A DNA stretch of 64,000 nucleotides from an uncultured Bacilli bacterium (GTDB taxonomy: Bacteria; Bacillota_I; Bacilli_A; RFN20; CAG-449), in NCBI GenBank assembly GCA_944332225.1, contig CALVJO010000003.1:12482-76481 (forward strand), read 5' to 3'. The position numbers were made by a program, and so were the translations under genes. Below are positions 1 to 9,126 of the stretch, in pieces. Below the pieces are notes generated by a model. That model worked only from the letters and a program-made list of their open reading frames with translations. It had not been told where the DNA came from and did no database searches. The first letter of the stretch is position 1, and each line of letters begins with the position of its first letter.

Positions 1-668
1 TCACAATTTTTTGTTTAGGTGGAGGAGTTTTATTTGCCTATCTTTCTCCAACTTCTTACCACGCGTCTATGCAAGTATATATTCTTAATTCAGTCAGCGG
101 GAATACATCGACCGATCAAATTATTGATTCATTAAGAATAATTGATACATTTAAAGATTTTATAGTCGACACTTCAGTTGCTAAGTTAACAGTTGAAAAA
201 GTACACGATGCCGATTCCGATATTAATATTAATTATCAAAGCGTCATCGGAGGTATATCAACCTCGATGAGCAGCGAAAACTCTGTCTGCGTTGTTCTTT
301 CTTATACTTCTAATGATCCTCATATCGCAAGAGTCGTCTTAGAAAACGTTATTCTATCCGCGCAGGAGATTGCCTCAAGCGAAGGTGAATTCCAATTGTT
401 TAATGATATGATTACTATTCCATCTCAGCCAAGCATCACAAATTTTGGTAACGGTGAAACCGCGGAGATTTCTGAAACTAAAGCTAGCAAAGTCTTATAT
501 GGTTTTATAGGTGGAGTAATCGGAATTGTTTTAGGTTTAGCTTATGCTTTTATTAGAGAAGCTATTGATAACACAATCACCTCTACTAAATATATTGAAG
601 AAAAATATAACATTAAAGTTATCGGTATCATTCCTGAAATTTTAGATGGAGAAGGAGGTAATAAATAA
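1..668 (+). CDS. Capsular polysaccharide chain-length determinant (Wzz/CpsC, PCP2b), 5' truncated by window edge
   Basis: Frame of the 69..668 ORF is open back to nt 3 (TIFCLGGGVLFAYLSPTSYHAS...), a TM helix. C-terminal second TM (VLYGFIGGVIGIVLGLAYAFIREAID) follows an extracytoplasmic domain. Sits immediately upstream of a BY-kinase. Confidence 0.7.
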   Translation, partial: TIFCLGGGVLFAYLSPTSYHASMQVYILNSVSGNTSTDQIIDSLRIIDTFKDFIVDTSVAKLTVEKVHDADSDININYQSVIGGISTSMSSENSVCVVLSYTSNDPHIARVVLENVILSAQEIASSEGEFQLFNDMITIPSQPSITNFGNGETAEISETKASKVLYGFIGGVIGIVLGLAYAFIREAIDNTITSTKYIEEKYNIKVIGIIPEILDGEGGNK

Positions 669-1378
669 TGTTATTTAAGAAGAATAAATTAAACAGACAA
701 GAAGCAATCGTTAAAGTAGATACCCCTGAATATCAATCTTACATTGATATTAAAATTAATTTAGACTTCACGTCAATCGATAAAAAAGTGAAAGTATATG
801 GTTTTACTTCAACTATGCCAGGCGAAGGTAAATCATCAACTGCTTGTAATTTAGCCCAAGTTTTAGCTAATGAAGAAAAGAAAGTAGTAATCTTAGATCT
901 CGATTTAAGAAGACCGACTACCAACTATTTCTTTAAACTTCCAAATGATGTTGGGGTCTCAGATTACTTAGCTAAAGAATTGACCCTTGATGATGTTATT
1001 AAGCATACTTTTATTGATAATGTAGATTTAATAACCGCGGGGACTCATACTCCTTATCCTCAAAAGATTTTAGTTTCCGAAGGATTAAAAAAATTAGTCT
1101 TAAAATTAAAAGAGATGTATGATTATGTTTTAATTGACACACCTCCAATTTTAGCCTCATCTGATATGATAAACATCTCATCATTAGTCGATGAATTTGT
1201 TATGGTTTGCTATTATGGAGTTACCAAAAAAACTGATTTTGATGAAGCGATTAAACGTTTAAAAAATACAAATTCAGATATTGCAGGAATAGTTTTTACT
1301 AAAGTTCCAAAAAAGAAAGCAACTAATTCTTATTCTTCTTATTCTTATTCCTACGTTAAAAATAAAAATGGACTTTAA
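668..1378 (+). CDS. Tyrosine-protein kinase (BY-kinase, CpsD/YwqD/Wze family)
   Basis: Walker A GEGKSSTACNLA, Walker A' VVILDLDLRRP, C-terminal tyrosine cluster YSSYSYSY. Start overlaps the wzz stop. Confidence 0.85.
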   Translation: MLFKKNKLNRQEAIVKVDTPEYQSYIDIKINLDFTSIDKKVKVYGFTSTMPGEGKSSTACNLAQVLANEEKKVVILDLDLRRPTTNYFFKLPNDVGVSDYLAKELTLDDVIKHTFIDNVDLITAGTHTPYPQKILVSEGLKKLVLKLKEMYDYVLIDTPPILASSDMINISSLVDEFVMVCYYGVTKKTDFDEAIKRLKNTNSDIAGIVFTKVPKKKATNSYSSYSYSYVKNKNGL

Positions 1379-2052
1379 TGATGATAGATATTCACACTCA
1401 TATTCTATTTTCAGTTGATGATGGATCAAAAGATTTAGCTATGTCTTTAGACATGATAAATCTTGAGCTAGAAAATAAGGTTTCTTCTATTATTTTAACA
1501 CCTCATTTTTCCTACGAAGGTACTTTTGAAAAAAGAGAAAAGCTAATAAAAGATCACTTTTTAATCTTAAAAAATAAAATTGAAGAATTAAATATTCCTA
1601 TTTCACTCACCTTAGGCGCGGAGATCATGTATACCGATTCTCTCTATCAAAGAATGAAAGAAGGTAAAGAGATAATTTCTTTACCTAATTCTCATCTATT
1701 AGTTGAGTTTCCCTTATTTCATTATCATCAACGAGTGATCGATAAGATTTATCCTTTAACTTTATTTAATTATAAAATTATCTTAGCCCATCCTGAAAGA
1801 TATGAATATCTAACTATCGAAGATTTAAAAGAGATAAAATCTTTTGGAGTAAAATTTCAAATTAACTCAACTAGCTTAAATAAATCTTTTTCTAAATCTA
1901 TCTACCAACGGGCTAAAACGCTTTTAAAGGAAGGACTCGTGGATTTTATTGCTTCAGATTGCCATGAAAATAAAATTAAAAAACCTAATTTATTAGAAGT
2001 TTCAAAATATCTAAAGAAATATAAAATCACTAATAATTTATCCGATGAATGA
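1378..2052 (+). CDS. PHP-family protein-tyrosine phosphatase (CpsB/YwqE)
   Basis: N-terminal MIDIHTHILFSVDDG metal-binding motif, conserved histidines (TPHF, AHPERY, DCHE). Third member of the canonical CpsBCD module. Confidence 0.85.
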   Translation: MMIDIHTHILFSVDDGSKDLAMSLDMINLELENKVSSIILTPHFSYEGTFEKREKLIKDHFLILKNKIEELNIPISLTLGAEIMYTDSLYQRMKEGKEIISLPNSHLLVEFPLFHYHQRVIDKIYPLTLFNYKIILAHPERYEYLTIEDLKEIKSFGVKFQINSTSLNKSFSKSIYQRAKTLLKEGLVDFIASDCHENKIKKPNLLEVSKYLKKYKITNNLSDE

Positions 2053-2935
2053 ACAATTAAAAAAATATCTAAATTTACGAGAATCTAATACTAAAGATGA
2101 CTTATTTAAGTATTTATCTTATGTCATCAATTTTGATGATGCAAAGGAACTTGAATTATTTATTAAAGAAAAGTATGACCTTTTAAGGGAGTTAGATGGA
2201 GATAAATTAGTAAAATTACATATTTATTTTTATTATTCCCGCGGCGATTATCAAAAGGTAAAATCGCTTGTAGATGACTATATCGTTCAAGATATTGGAG
2301 ATGTGAACACTTATTTTTATTTAAAGGACCTTCAGGATAGTTTAAAGAATATTAATATTGATTCACCTAAAGATCGAAATATGGATGAAGATAAGCTTAT
2401 CTCCTATCTATTTTCAAATGATGATGTGAAAATTAACCAAGCGATTAATTTTTTAAGTAAATCAAATCTAAGAAAATATCTTGCTTACGTTAAGAAATTC
2501 TTAATAAGCGAGAACAAATATGGATACAAGATTCTTATTTTAATAATGTTAAAGGAACAAGAAGTTAATAATGTTTTTGTTGTAAAAAGAGATGATAAAA
2601 TCTTTTCTCTAGATATAAAAGAAGTAATCTTGCCATTTGAAAGAAAAGATTATTTAAAAGCCATTGATTATTTAACTTATTTAAATGATGATATAGGGAT
2701 TTTAACTAACGCGCGGGAATTACTTAATCAATTAGAAGTATTAAATTTTCCTGATACAATCTTCTCTCTTTATGATGATGTAGAAACATTAACTAAGGTA
2801 TTTCTTTCCTATGTTAAAAAAGAAAATTATGGATTTGAATTAGTTAATAATACTAATTTAACTGATGATGAATTTAATAATCTATATACGAAAGTAAAGA
2901 CTTATATAGCTAAAATATTTCTTGAAAATTACTAA
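2045..2935 (+). CDS. Hypothetical soluble protein inside the polysaccharide locus
   Basis: 296-aa ORF, 8-nt overlap with the upstream gene (operonic). No motif recognised. Confidence 0.5.
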   Translation: MNEQLKKYLNLRESNTKDDLFKYLSYVINFDDAKELELFIKEKYDLLRELDGDKLVKLHIYFYYSRGDYQKVKSLVDDYIVQDIGDVNTYFYLKDLQDSLKNINIDSPKDRNMDEDKLISYLFSNDDVKINQAINFLSKSNLRKYLAYVKKFLISENKYGYKILILIMLKEQEVNNVFVVKRDDKIFSLDIKEVILPFERKDYLKAIDYLTYLNDDIGILTNARELLNQLEVLNFPDTIFSLYDDVETLTKVFLSYVKKENYGFELVNNTNLTDDEFNNLYTKVKTYIAKIFLENY

Positions 2936-3010
2936 TTAAGTCTAAATAAAGACAAAGTAAGGAAACAATATACAAATGTAAGGGTTTTCATCTATAATAT
3001 AAATAATATA

Positions 3011-5425
3011 TTGGAGGCAAAGATGGAAACTGTAAATTTAAATAAGAACTGGATATTTTGTAAACTAGACTCTCAAGGAAATCCGATTTTTTCAAAAAAG
3101 ATTGATGTTCCTCATGATGCGATGATCTTTGAAAAAAGAAGCGAGGACGCACCTGGAGGACTTAATGTATCTTTCTTTGAAGGTGGAGATTATATTTACT
3201 CACGCGATATAGAAATTTCTAATGATGATTTAAATAAAAATCTCTATCTAGAATTTGAAGGCATTTATCATAATGGAGAGATCTATCTTAATGACAAACT
3301 TGTTTATAAGCGTCCATATGGATATGCTGATTTTTTTGTTGATATAACTTCTTTTGTTCATGTAGGAATCAATAAATTAAAAGTTAAAGTAATTAATTCT
3401 GATCAACCTAATTCTCGTTGGTATTCAGGATCAGGAATTTATCGTCCAGCCTCCTTGATTAAGATAGATAAAGAAAATTCTATTCTCTTAAATGGAGTTA
3501 AAATTAAGACTACATCTATTAACCCAGTTACCTGTTCTATTAATGTAAAAACAATAGGAAATGGCACGATTACTGTTTCTGTCTTTGATGAAGATAAACG
3601 TATTACTATAAAATCTAAAAAAGCCACAGGAGATGATACTTTAGAAATTAATTTAGATAATAAAAAGATTATTTTATGGGATGAAAATCATCCAAAACTT
3701 TATAGAATTAAAGTAGAATTTAATAATGACTCTCAAGTATTTGATTATGGTTTTAGATTAATTGAATATAACGAAAATGGCTTATTTTTAAATGGGAAGC
3801 GATTATTAATTAAAGGAGCCTGCATCCATCATGATAACGGTCCTTTAGGAGCGATTGATGATGATTTTGCTAATCGAAGAAAAATTAAATTATTAAAAGA
3901 TGTTGGCTATAACGCACTTAGATCCGCGCATAATCCAATTTCTAAATCATTAATTAAAGCCTGCGATGAATTAGGAATGATGATTCTTGATGAATTAGTT
4001 GATTGCTGGATCATTCATAAAACCTTATATGATTACGTCAATATATTTGATAAATGGCATGAGATAGATTTACTAGATATGGTAAATAAAGATTACAATC
4101 ATCCTTCAGTTATCATGTATTCAACTGGTAATGAAGTTGGTGAGACATCTATGAAAAAAGGAATTGAGCTAACTAAAGAGATGACAGATTATCTTCATGC
4201 TTTAGATGATACTCGTCCTGTCACATGCGGGATCAATATCTTCTTTAATTTCTTAGCTTCGATGGGATTTGGAGTATATTCGGATAAAAAAGCTGAAAAA
4301 TATTCATCTAAGCAAGGAGAAAAGAAACGTAAAAAGGTAGGAAGTGAATTCTTTAACGCAATCGCTGGAAAATTAGGCGCGTCATTTATGAAAACGATGG
4401 CTACTTTAGTCTTCTGCGATTATAAAACTAAAGATGCATTTAAAAACATGGATATCGCTGGATACAATTATGGTATCAAACGATATAAACATGATTTAAG
4501 AAAATATAAATCTAGATTAATTTTAGGCTCGGAAACTTTCTGTAACGATGCTTATAAATTCATGGAGCTAGCTAAAGATAATCCTCGTCTTGTCGGTGAC
4601 TTTGTTTGGGCTGGAATGGACTATATGGGAGAAGTTGCAGTTGGCTCCTGGGTCCATAATGATCATACAAATACTTTTTCTCCTTCAGTAGGTTGGATCA
4701 CCGCGGGATCAGGAAGAATCGATATAACTGGAAGAGAGCTGTCAGAAGCTAAGTACACGCGCGTTGCATTTGGAAAAGATTCAATTCATATTGGAATCGT
4801 CCCGGTTAACTATCATAAAGATAAACATTCTCCGTCTGCTTGGAAGATGAATGAATGTATTGATTCTTACACCTATCCTGGATATGAAAACAAAAAAACA
4901 TTAGCTGAAGTTTACACTAAGGCTGATTATGTTACTTTAAAGATTAATGGCGAGACAATTAAAACTAAAAAAAGACCTAAAAAAGATTGTATCGTTAGAT
5001 TTAAAATTAAATATCAACCAGGAATCATTGAAGCGATTGGACTAGATAAAAATCATAACGAGCTTTATAAAACATCTCTTAAAACAGCGAATCTTGATGA
5101 GATTTGCTTAAGAGCCTATAAAGAAAAAGATTCTGTGAATGTAGATGAGCTAGCCTATGTTAGATTTAAATATTCAGATTCAAACGGAATTTATAATCCT
5201 TTAGCTAGAGATATCATTGAGATCACTAATTTAAAGAACGGAACTTTAGAAGGATTAGCTATGGCGTGCCCATTTAATGAAATCGGATATAAAGATACGA
5301 AAACTGATACATATTTAGGTGAGGCATTAGGAATATTTAAACCCGATGGAAAAGGCGATATATCATTTGATGCCGTCTCTAAAAAATACGGAACAGTCCA
5401 TGTGGTAATTCCTTTTATTAAATAA
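3011..5425 (+). CDS. Glycoside hydrolase family 2 protein (beta-galactosidase/beta-glycosidase-like)
   Basis: GH2 hallmarks WYSGSGIYRP and NHPSVIMYSTGNEVGE (acid/base Glu in NE), TIM-barrel region. No signal peptide. Confidence 0.7.
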   Translation: MEAKMETVNLNKNWIFCKLDSQGNPIFSKKIDVPHDAMIFEKRSEDAPGGLNVSFFEGGDYIYSRDIEISNDDLNKNLYLEFEGIYHNGEIYLNDKLVYKRPYGYADFFVDITSFVHVGINKLKVKVINSDQPNSRWYSGSGIYRPASLIKIDKENSILLNGVKIKTTSINPVTCSINVKTIGNGTITVSVFDEDKRITIKSKKATGDDTLEINLDNKKIILWDENHPKLYRIKVEFNNDSQVFDYGFRLIEYNENGLFLNGKRLLIKGACIHHDNGPLGAIDDDFANRRKIKLLKDVGYNALRSAHNPISKSLIKACDELGMMILDELVDCWIIHKTLYDYVNIFDKWHEIDLLDMVNKDYNHPSVIMYSTGNEVGETSMKKGIELTKEMTDYLHALDDTRPVTCGINIFFNFLASMGFGVYSDKKAEKYSSKQGEKKRKKVGSEFFNAIAGKLGASFMKTMATLVFCDYKTKDAFKNMDIAGYNYGIKRYKHDLRKYKSRLILGSETFCNDAYKFMELAKDNPRLVGDFVWAGMDYMGEVAVGSWVHNDHTNTFSPSVGWITAGSGRIDITGRELSEAKYTRVAFGKDSIHIGIVPVNYHKDKHSPSAWKMNECIDSYTYPGYENKKTLAEVYTKADYVTLKINGETIKTKKRPKKDCIVRFKIKYQPGIIEAIGLDKNHNELYKTSLKTANLDEICLRAYKEKDSVNVDELAYVRFKYSDSNGIYNPLARDIIEITNLKNGTLEGLAMACPFNEIGYKDTKTDTYLGEALGIFKPDGKGDISFDAVSKKYGTVHVVIPFIK

Positions 5426-5520
5426 AGTTTTAATCACCAAATACTTATAATTCATAATGCTAATATAATAAATGTTTATTTTCTCTTTTAAATATTCTAA
5501 AATAGCCCAAGAGGGATTTT

Positions 5521-6546
5521 ATGAAATATTTAACTTTAGTTGTGCCTTGCTATAACTCAGAAGAATACTTAAATCACTGTCTAGATACCTTAATTGTCGG
5601 GGGTGATGATGTAGAAATCATCGTCGTCAATGATGGATCAAAAGATAGAACTTTAGAGATAGCCAAGGAATATCAAACTCAATATCCAAACATTATTAAA
5701 ATAATAGATAAAGAAAACGGAGGTCATGGCTCCGGGATTAACTGCGGAATCAAAGAAGCAAAAGGATTATTCTTTAAAGTTTGCGACTCTGATGACTGGT
5801 TTGACCAAGATTCTTATTTAAAACTATTAAAGACTATTAAATATAATGTAGATAATAAAATTAATGTCGATATCTATTTTACTGATGTAATGTATGAAAA
5901 TAAGGTAAAAAACACGCAGTTTTTACTAAATAATAAGCATCATTTCCCACATGATAGGGTGTTTTCATGGGATGAGATGCATAATTTTAAAACTGGAGAA
6001 TATATCATGATGCATTCATTGACTTATTCTTTAGAGGTTTTAAAAAAATCAGGCGTGGTTCTTCCTGAAAAAACATTCTATGTTGATAATATCATGGCGT
6101 ATACACCTTTATTTTACGCAAAAGATTTATATTATTTAGATGTGCCTTTATATCGTTATTTTATCGGTAGAAAAGATCAATCGGTTAACGCGGATAATAT
6201 GGCTAAACGTTATGATCAGCAGCTTAGAGTAATGGATATCATCTATAATCAATTTACTTATGATGATTTATTGACTTTACCTAAAAAACAAAGAAAATAT
6301 TTGATTCATATATTAGGAATCTACACCTTTTTAACCATGTTCTTTATATATGCAAAATATAATAAAGAAAGAAAAATTGCCTTTAAAAAATTAAGAGAAG
6401 ATTTTAAAACTAAGAATCGAAAATTATATAAAAAAGTTTATCATTTTTCTCAAGTATCATTAATTATGTGCTTAATTAGTCCGCTTAGACGCTTCTTGGT
6501 GGTAACTGGATATAAAGTAGTAATTAAAATTACAAAGTGGGGATAA
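5521..6546 (+). CDS. Family 2 glycosyltransferase (GT-A fold) with C-terminal membrane segments
   Basis: LTLVVPCYNSEEYL...VNDGSKDRTLEIAKEY, DSDD (DXD). Hydrophobic C-terminus. Confidence 0.8.
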   Translation: MKYLTLVVPCYNSEEYLNHCLDTLIVGGDDVEIIVVNDGSKDRTLEIAKEYQTQYPNIIKIIDKENGGHGSGINCGIKEAKGLFFKVCDSDDWFDQDSYLKLLKTIKYNVDNKINVDIYFTDVMYENKVKNTQFLLNNKHHFPHDRVFSWDEMHNFKTGEYIMMHSLTYSLEVLKKSGVVLPEKTFYVDNIMAYTPLFYAKDLYYLDVPLYRYFIGRKDQSVNADNMAKRYDQQLRVMDIIYNQFTYDDLLTLPKKQRKYLIHILGIYTFLTMFFIYAKYNKERKIAFKKLREDFKTKNRKLYKKVYHFSQVSLIMCLISPLRRFLVVTGYKVVIKITKWG

Positions 6547-6549
6547 TAT

Positions 6550-7659
6550 ATGAAAAAGATTTTATTAGTCGGCGCGGGTTTATATAACGCAGTTGTCGCA
6601 AACGAATTAAAAAAATATTTCGATGTGACTGTCATCGATAAAAGAAGTCATATCGCAGGCAATATCTATACCGAGAAAAGAGAAAATATAAACGTTCACG
6701 TCTATGGCGCACATATTTTCCATACTTCTAATAAGGAAGTTTGGGATTATATTAATAAGTTTGCAGAATTTAATAATTATATAAATTCTCCTATCGCTAT
6801 ATATAAAGATGAACTTTATAATCTTCCTTTTAACATGAATACTTTTTCAAAATTGTTTAATGTTAAGACTCCTTTTGAAGCTATGGAAATCATTGAAAAA
6901 GAAAAAAAGGAAGCTAACATTAATTCTATAACAAACTTAGAAGAGCAGGCAATTTCCTTAGTTGGGAAGACTATCTATGAAAAATTAGTCAAAGATTACA
7001 CCGCGAAGCAATGGGGGAGAGATTGTAAAGAACTTCCTTCCTTCATTATTAAGCGATTACCAGTTAGATTTACGTTTGATAACAACTATTTTAATGATCG
7101 TTATCAAGGTATTCCTCTAGGTGGGTATACCAAAATTGTTGAAAAGATGCTTGAAGGAACTAAAGTCGTCTTGAATATAGATTTCTTTTCTCAAAAAGAT
7201 AAGTATCTAAAAGATTTTGATTATATTGTATACACAGGTTCAATAGATCAATTTTATGATTATAAATTTGGTAAATTAGATTATCGAACCGTATATTTTG
7301 AAACAGAAACTTTATCTTGTCCTAATTATCAAGGAAATGCGGTGGTCAATTATACTTCTAAAGAGGTTCCTTTTACTAGAATTATCGAACATAAACATTT
7401 TGAATTTGATTCTACCTCACCTAAAACAATCATTTCAAAAGAGTTTTCTAAAACCTTTGAAGAGGGTGATGAGCCTTATTATCCAGTTAATGATTTTAAA
7501 AATAATAGTTTATATGATTTATATTTAAATGAGGCTAAGAAGGAAGAAAAGGTGTTCTTTGGAGGAAGACTCGGCTTATATAAATATTTTGATATGGATG
7601 ATACCATTGAAAAAGCCTTTGAATTTATCAACTTTTTTAAAGAAAAATATCTTTCTTAA
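6550..7659 (+). CDS. glf: UDP-galactopyranose mutase
   Basis: N-terminal FAD fold KILLVGAGLYNAVVANEL, GAHIFHTSN motif, typical ~370 aa length. Confidence 0.85.
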   Translation: MKKILLVGAGLYNAVVANELKKYFDVTVIDKRSHIAGNIYTEKRENINVHVYGAHIFHTSNKEVWDYINKFAEFNNYINSPIAIYKDELYNLPFNMNTFSKLFNVKTPFEAMEIIEKEKKEANINSITNLEEQAISLVGKTIYEKLVKDYTAKQWGRDCKELPSFIIKRLPVRFTFDNNYFNDRYQGIPLGGYTKIVEKMLEGTKVVLNIDFFSQKDKYLKDFDYIVYTGSIDQFYDYKFGKLDYRTVYFETETLSCPNYQGNAVVNYTSKEVPFTRIIEHKHFEFDSTSPKTIISKEFSKTFEEGDEPYYPVNDFKNNSLYDLYLNEAKKEEKVFFGGRLGLYKYFDMDDTIEKAFEFINFFKEKYLS

Positions 7660-7807
7660 TTTTACTAAGGTTTATCATCAATAAAGAAACTTAAGGAAAC
7701 AAAATAGCTTTAACTATTTTCTTTTAAAATGATAAATTATTTTTACTTTTAATTAATTAAATAGTAATATATTTAGCGTATGCACTTACATAAGGAGTTT
7801 ATTTTAC

Positions 7808-9082
7808 ATGGAAAAAAATATTGAAAGAAAATCTGGTGAAGCAATCATAACTTTAGTCGCTTCCCAAGAAGAATGGAAAAAAGAACAATCAAAAGAATTT
7901 AATAAATTAAAATCAAAATTAAAAGTACCTGGATTTAGAGTCGGACAAATCCCTGATGAAGTAGCTAAGGGTAGAATCAATCACGCGGAAGTTCTCGAAA
8001 ATGCGGTGATTAGCTTAGTAAATAAATTTTACCAAGATACTTTAAAAGAAGAAAATTTAGTTCCAGTCATGCAACCAAGACTAGAAATCACTAAATTATC
8101 CGACGAGGAAGCTGAAGCAAGAATCATCGTTCCTTTATTACCAGTAGTCACTCTTGGAGAATATAAAGGACTTAAAGTCGCTTTAGAAGAAGTCAAAGTA
8201 ACTGATGAAGATATCGATCGCGAATTAACTCGCTTAAGAAATGATCATGGCATTCAACAAGTTAAAGAAGATGCCGCGAAGTTAAATGATACAGTCATCA
8301 TCGATTTCAAAGGATATGTAGATGATATTCCTTTTGAAGGAGGAGAAGCTAAAGAATATTCCTTAAAATTAGGTTCTAATTCATTTATTCCTGGATTTGA
8401 AGATCAATTAGTCGGTATCAAAGCTGGTGAAGAGAGAACTATCACCGTTAAATTCCCTGATAACTACGTTCAAAACTTAGCCTCAAAAGAAGCTAAATTT
8501 GAAATCAAATGCCATGAAGTTAAAGAGACAATCATTCCTGAATTAAATGAAGATTTCGTTAAGGAATTAGATTATCAAGGTGTCGATACTATCGATCAAT
8601 TAAAAGAAAAAGTCACTAAAGACTTAGAAGCTAAAAAAACTAGACAAGCCTCTGACAATCGTTTAAATAAAATCATTCAAACCATCGTTGATTCATCAAA
8701 AGTTGAGATGTCATCTTTAATTGTCGAAGATGAGGTTAACGCGGAGATTGAAAACGCAAAACATCAAATTGAATCAAACGGTTTATCATTTGAAGATTAT
8801 TTAAAAGCGATGAACTTAACAATGGAACAATACCGTCAAAACGTCCAAGTTAACGCGAATGCTATTTTAACAAGAACCTTTGTTATCGATGAAATTTGCC
8901 GTAAGGAAAATATCGTTGTTGATAGCAAGGCTTTAAATGATAAATATGCTGAATTAGCTAAGATGTATTCAATGAAAGTTGAAGATATTAAAGAAGCTTT
9001 AAAAGCTCAACAAAATGAACTTTTAAGACAAATTAGAAGTGAACTCTTCACTAAATTTATTTTAGAAAATAATAAAGACTAG
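7808..9082 (+). CDS. tig: Trigger factor
   Basis: PGFRVGQIPDEVAKGRIN ribosome-binding region, central PPIase region, 424 aa. tig-lon synteny. Confidence 0.8.
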   Translation: MEKNIERKSGEAIITLVASQEEWKKEQSKEFNKLKSKLKVPGFRVGQIPDEVAKGRINHAEVLENAVISLVNKFYQDTLKEENLVPVMQPRLEITKLSDEEAEARIIVPLLPVVTLGEYKGLKVALEEVKVTDEDIDRELTRLRNDHGIQQVKEDAAKLNDTVIIDFKGYVDDIPFEGGEAKEYSLKLGSNSFIPGFEDQLVGIKAGEERTITVKFPDNYVQNLASKEAKFEIKCHEVKETIIPELNEDFVKELDYQGVDTIDQLKEKVTKDLEAKKTRQASDNRLNKIIQTIVDSSKVEMSSLIVEDEVNAEIENAKHQIESNGLSFEDYLKAMNLTMEQYRQNVQVNANAILTRTFVIDEICRKENIVVDSKALNDKYAELAKMYSMKVEDIKEALKAQQNELLRQIRSELFTKFILENNKD

Positions 9083-9126
9083 GGTAATAGAGATATTATT
9101 CCTTGTCTATAGGAGGAAAATATCGA

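Noticed and set aside
739-924. Antisense or internal small ORFs from the six-frame track. This is one of about 24, including 3439..3627, 6450..6635, 7298..7528, 11327..11509, 14860..15117, 23073..23408, 24273..24653, 25507..25830, 27665..28090, 33723..33986, 35207..35488, 37526..37772, 41950..42141, 45013..45225, 49386..49580, 51172..51378, 53229..53441 and 62164..62880.
   Set aside because: All lie entirely within and opposite, or out of frame with, long well-supported genes. They have no SD and show low-complexity translations typical of AT-rich antisense frames.
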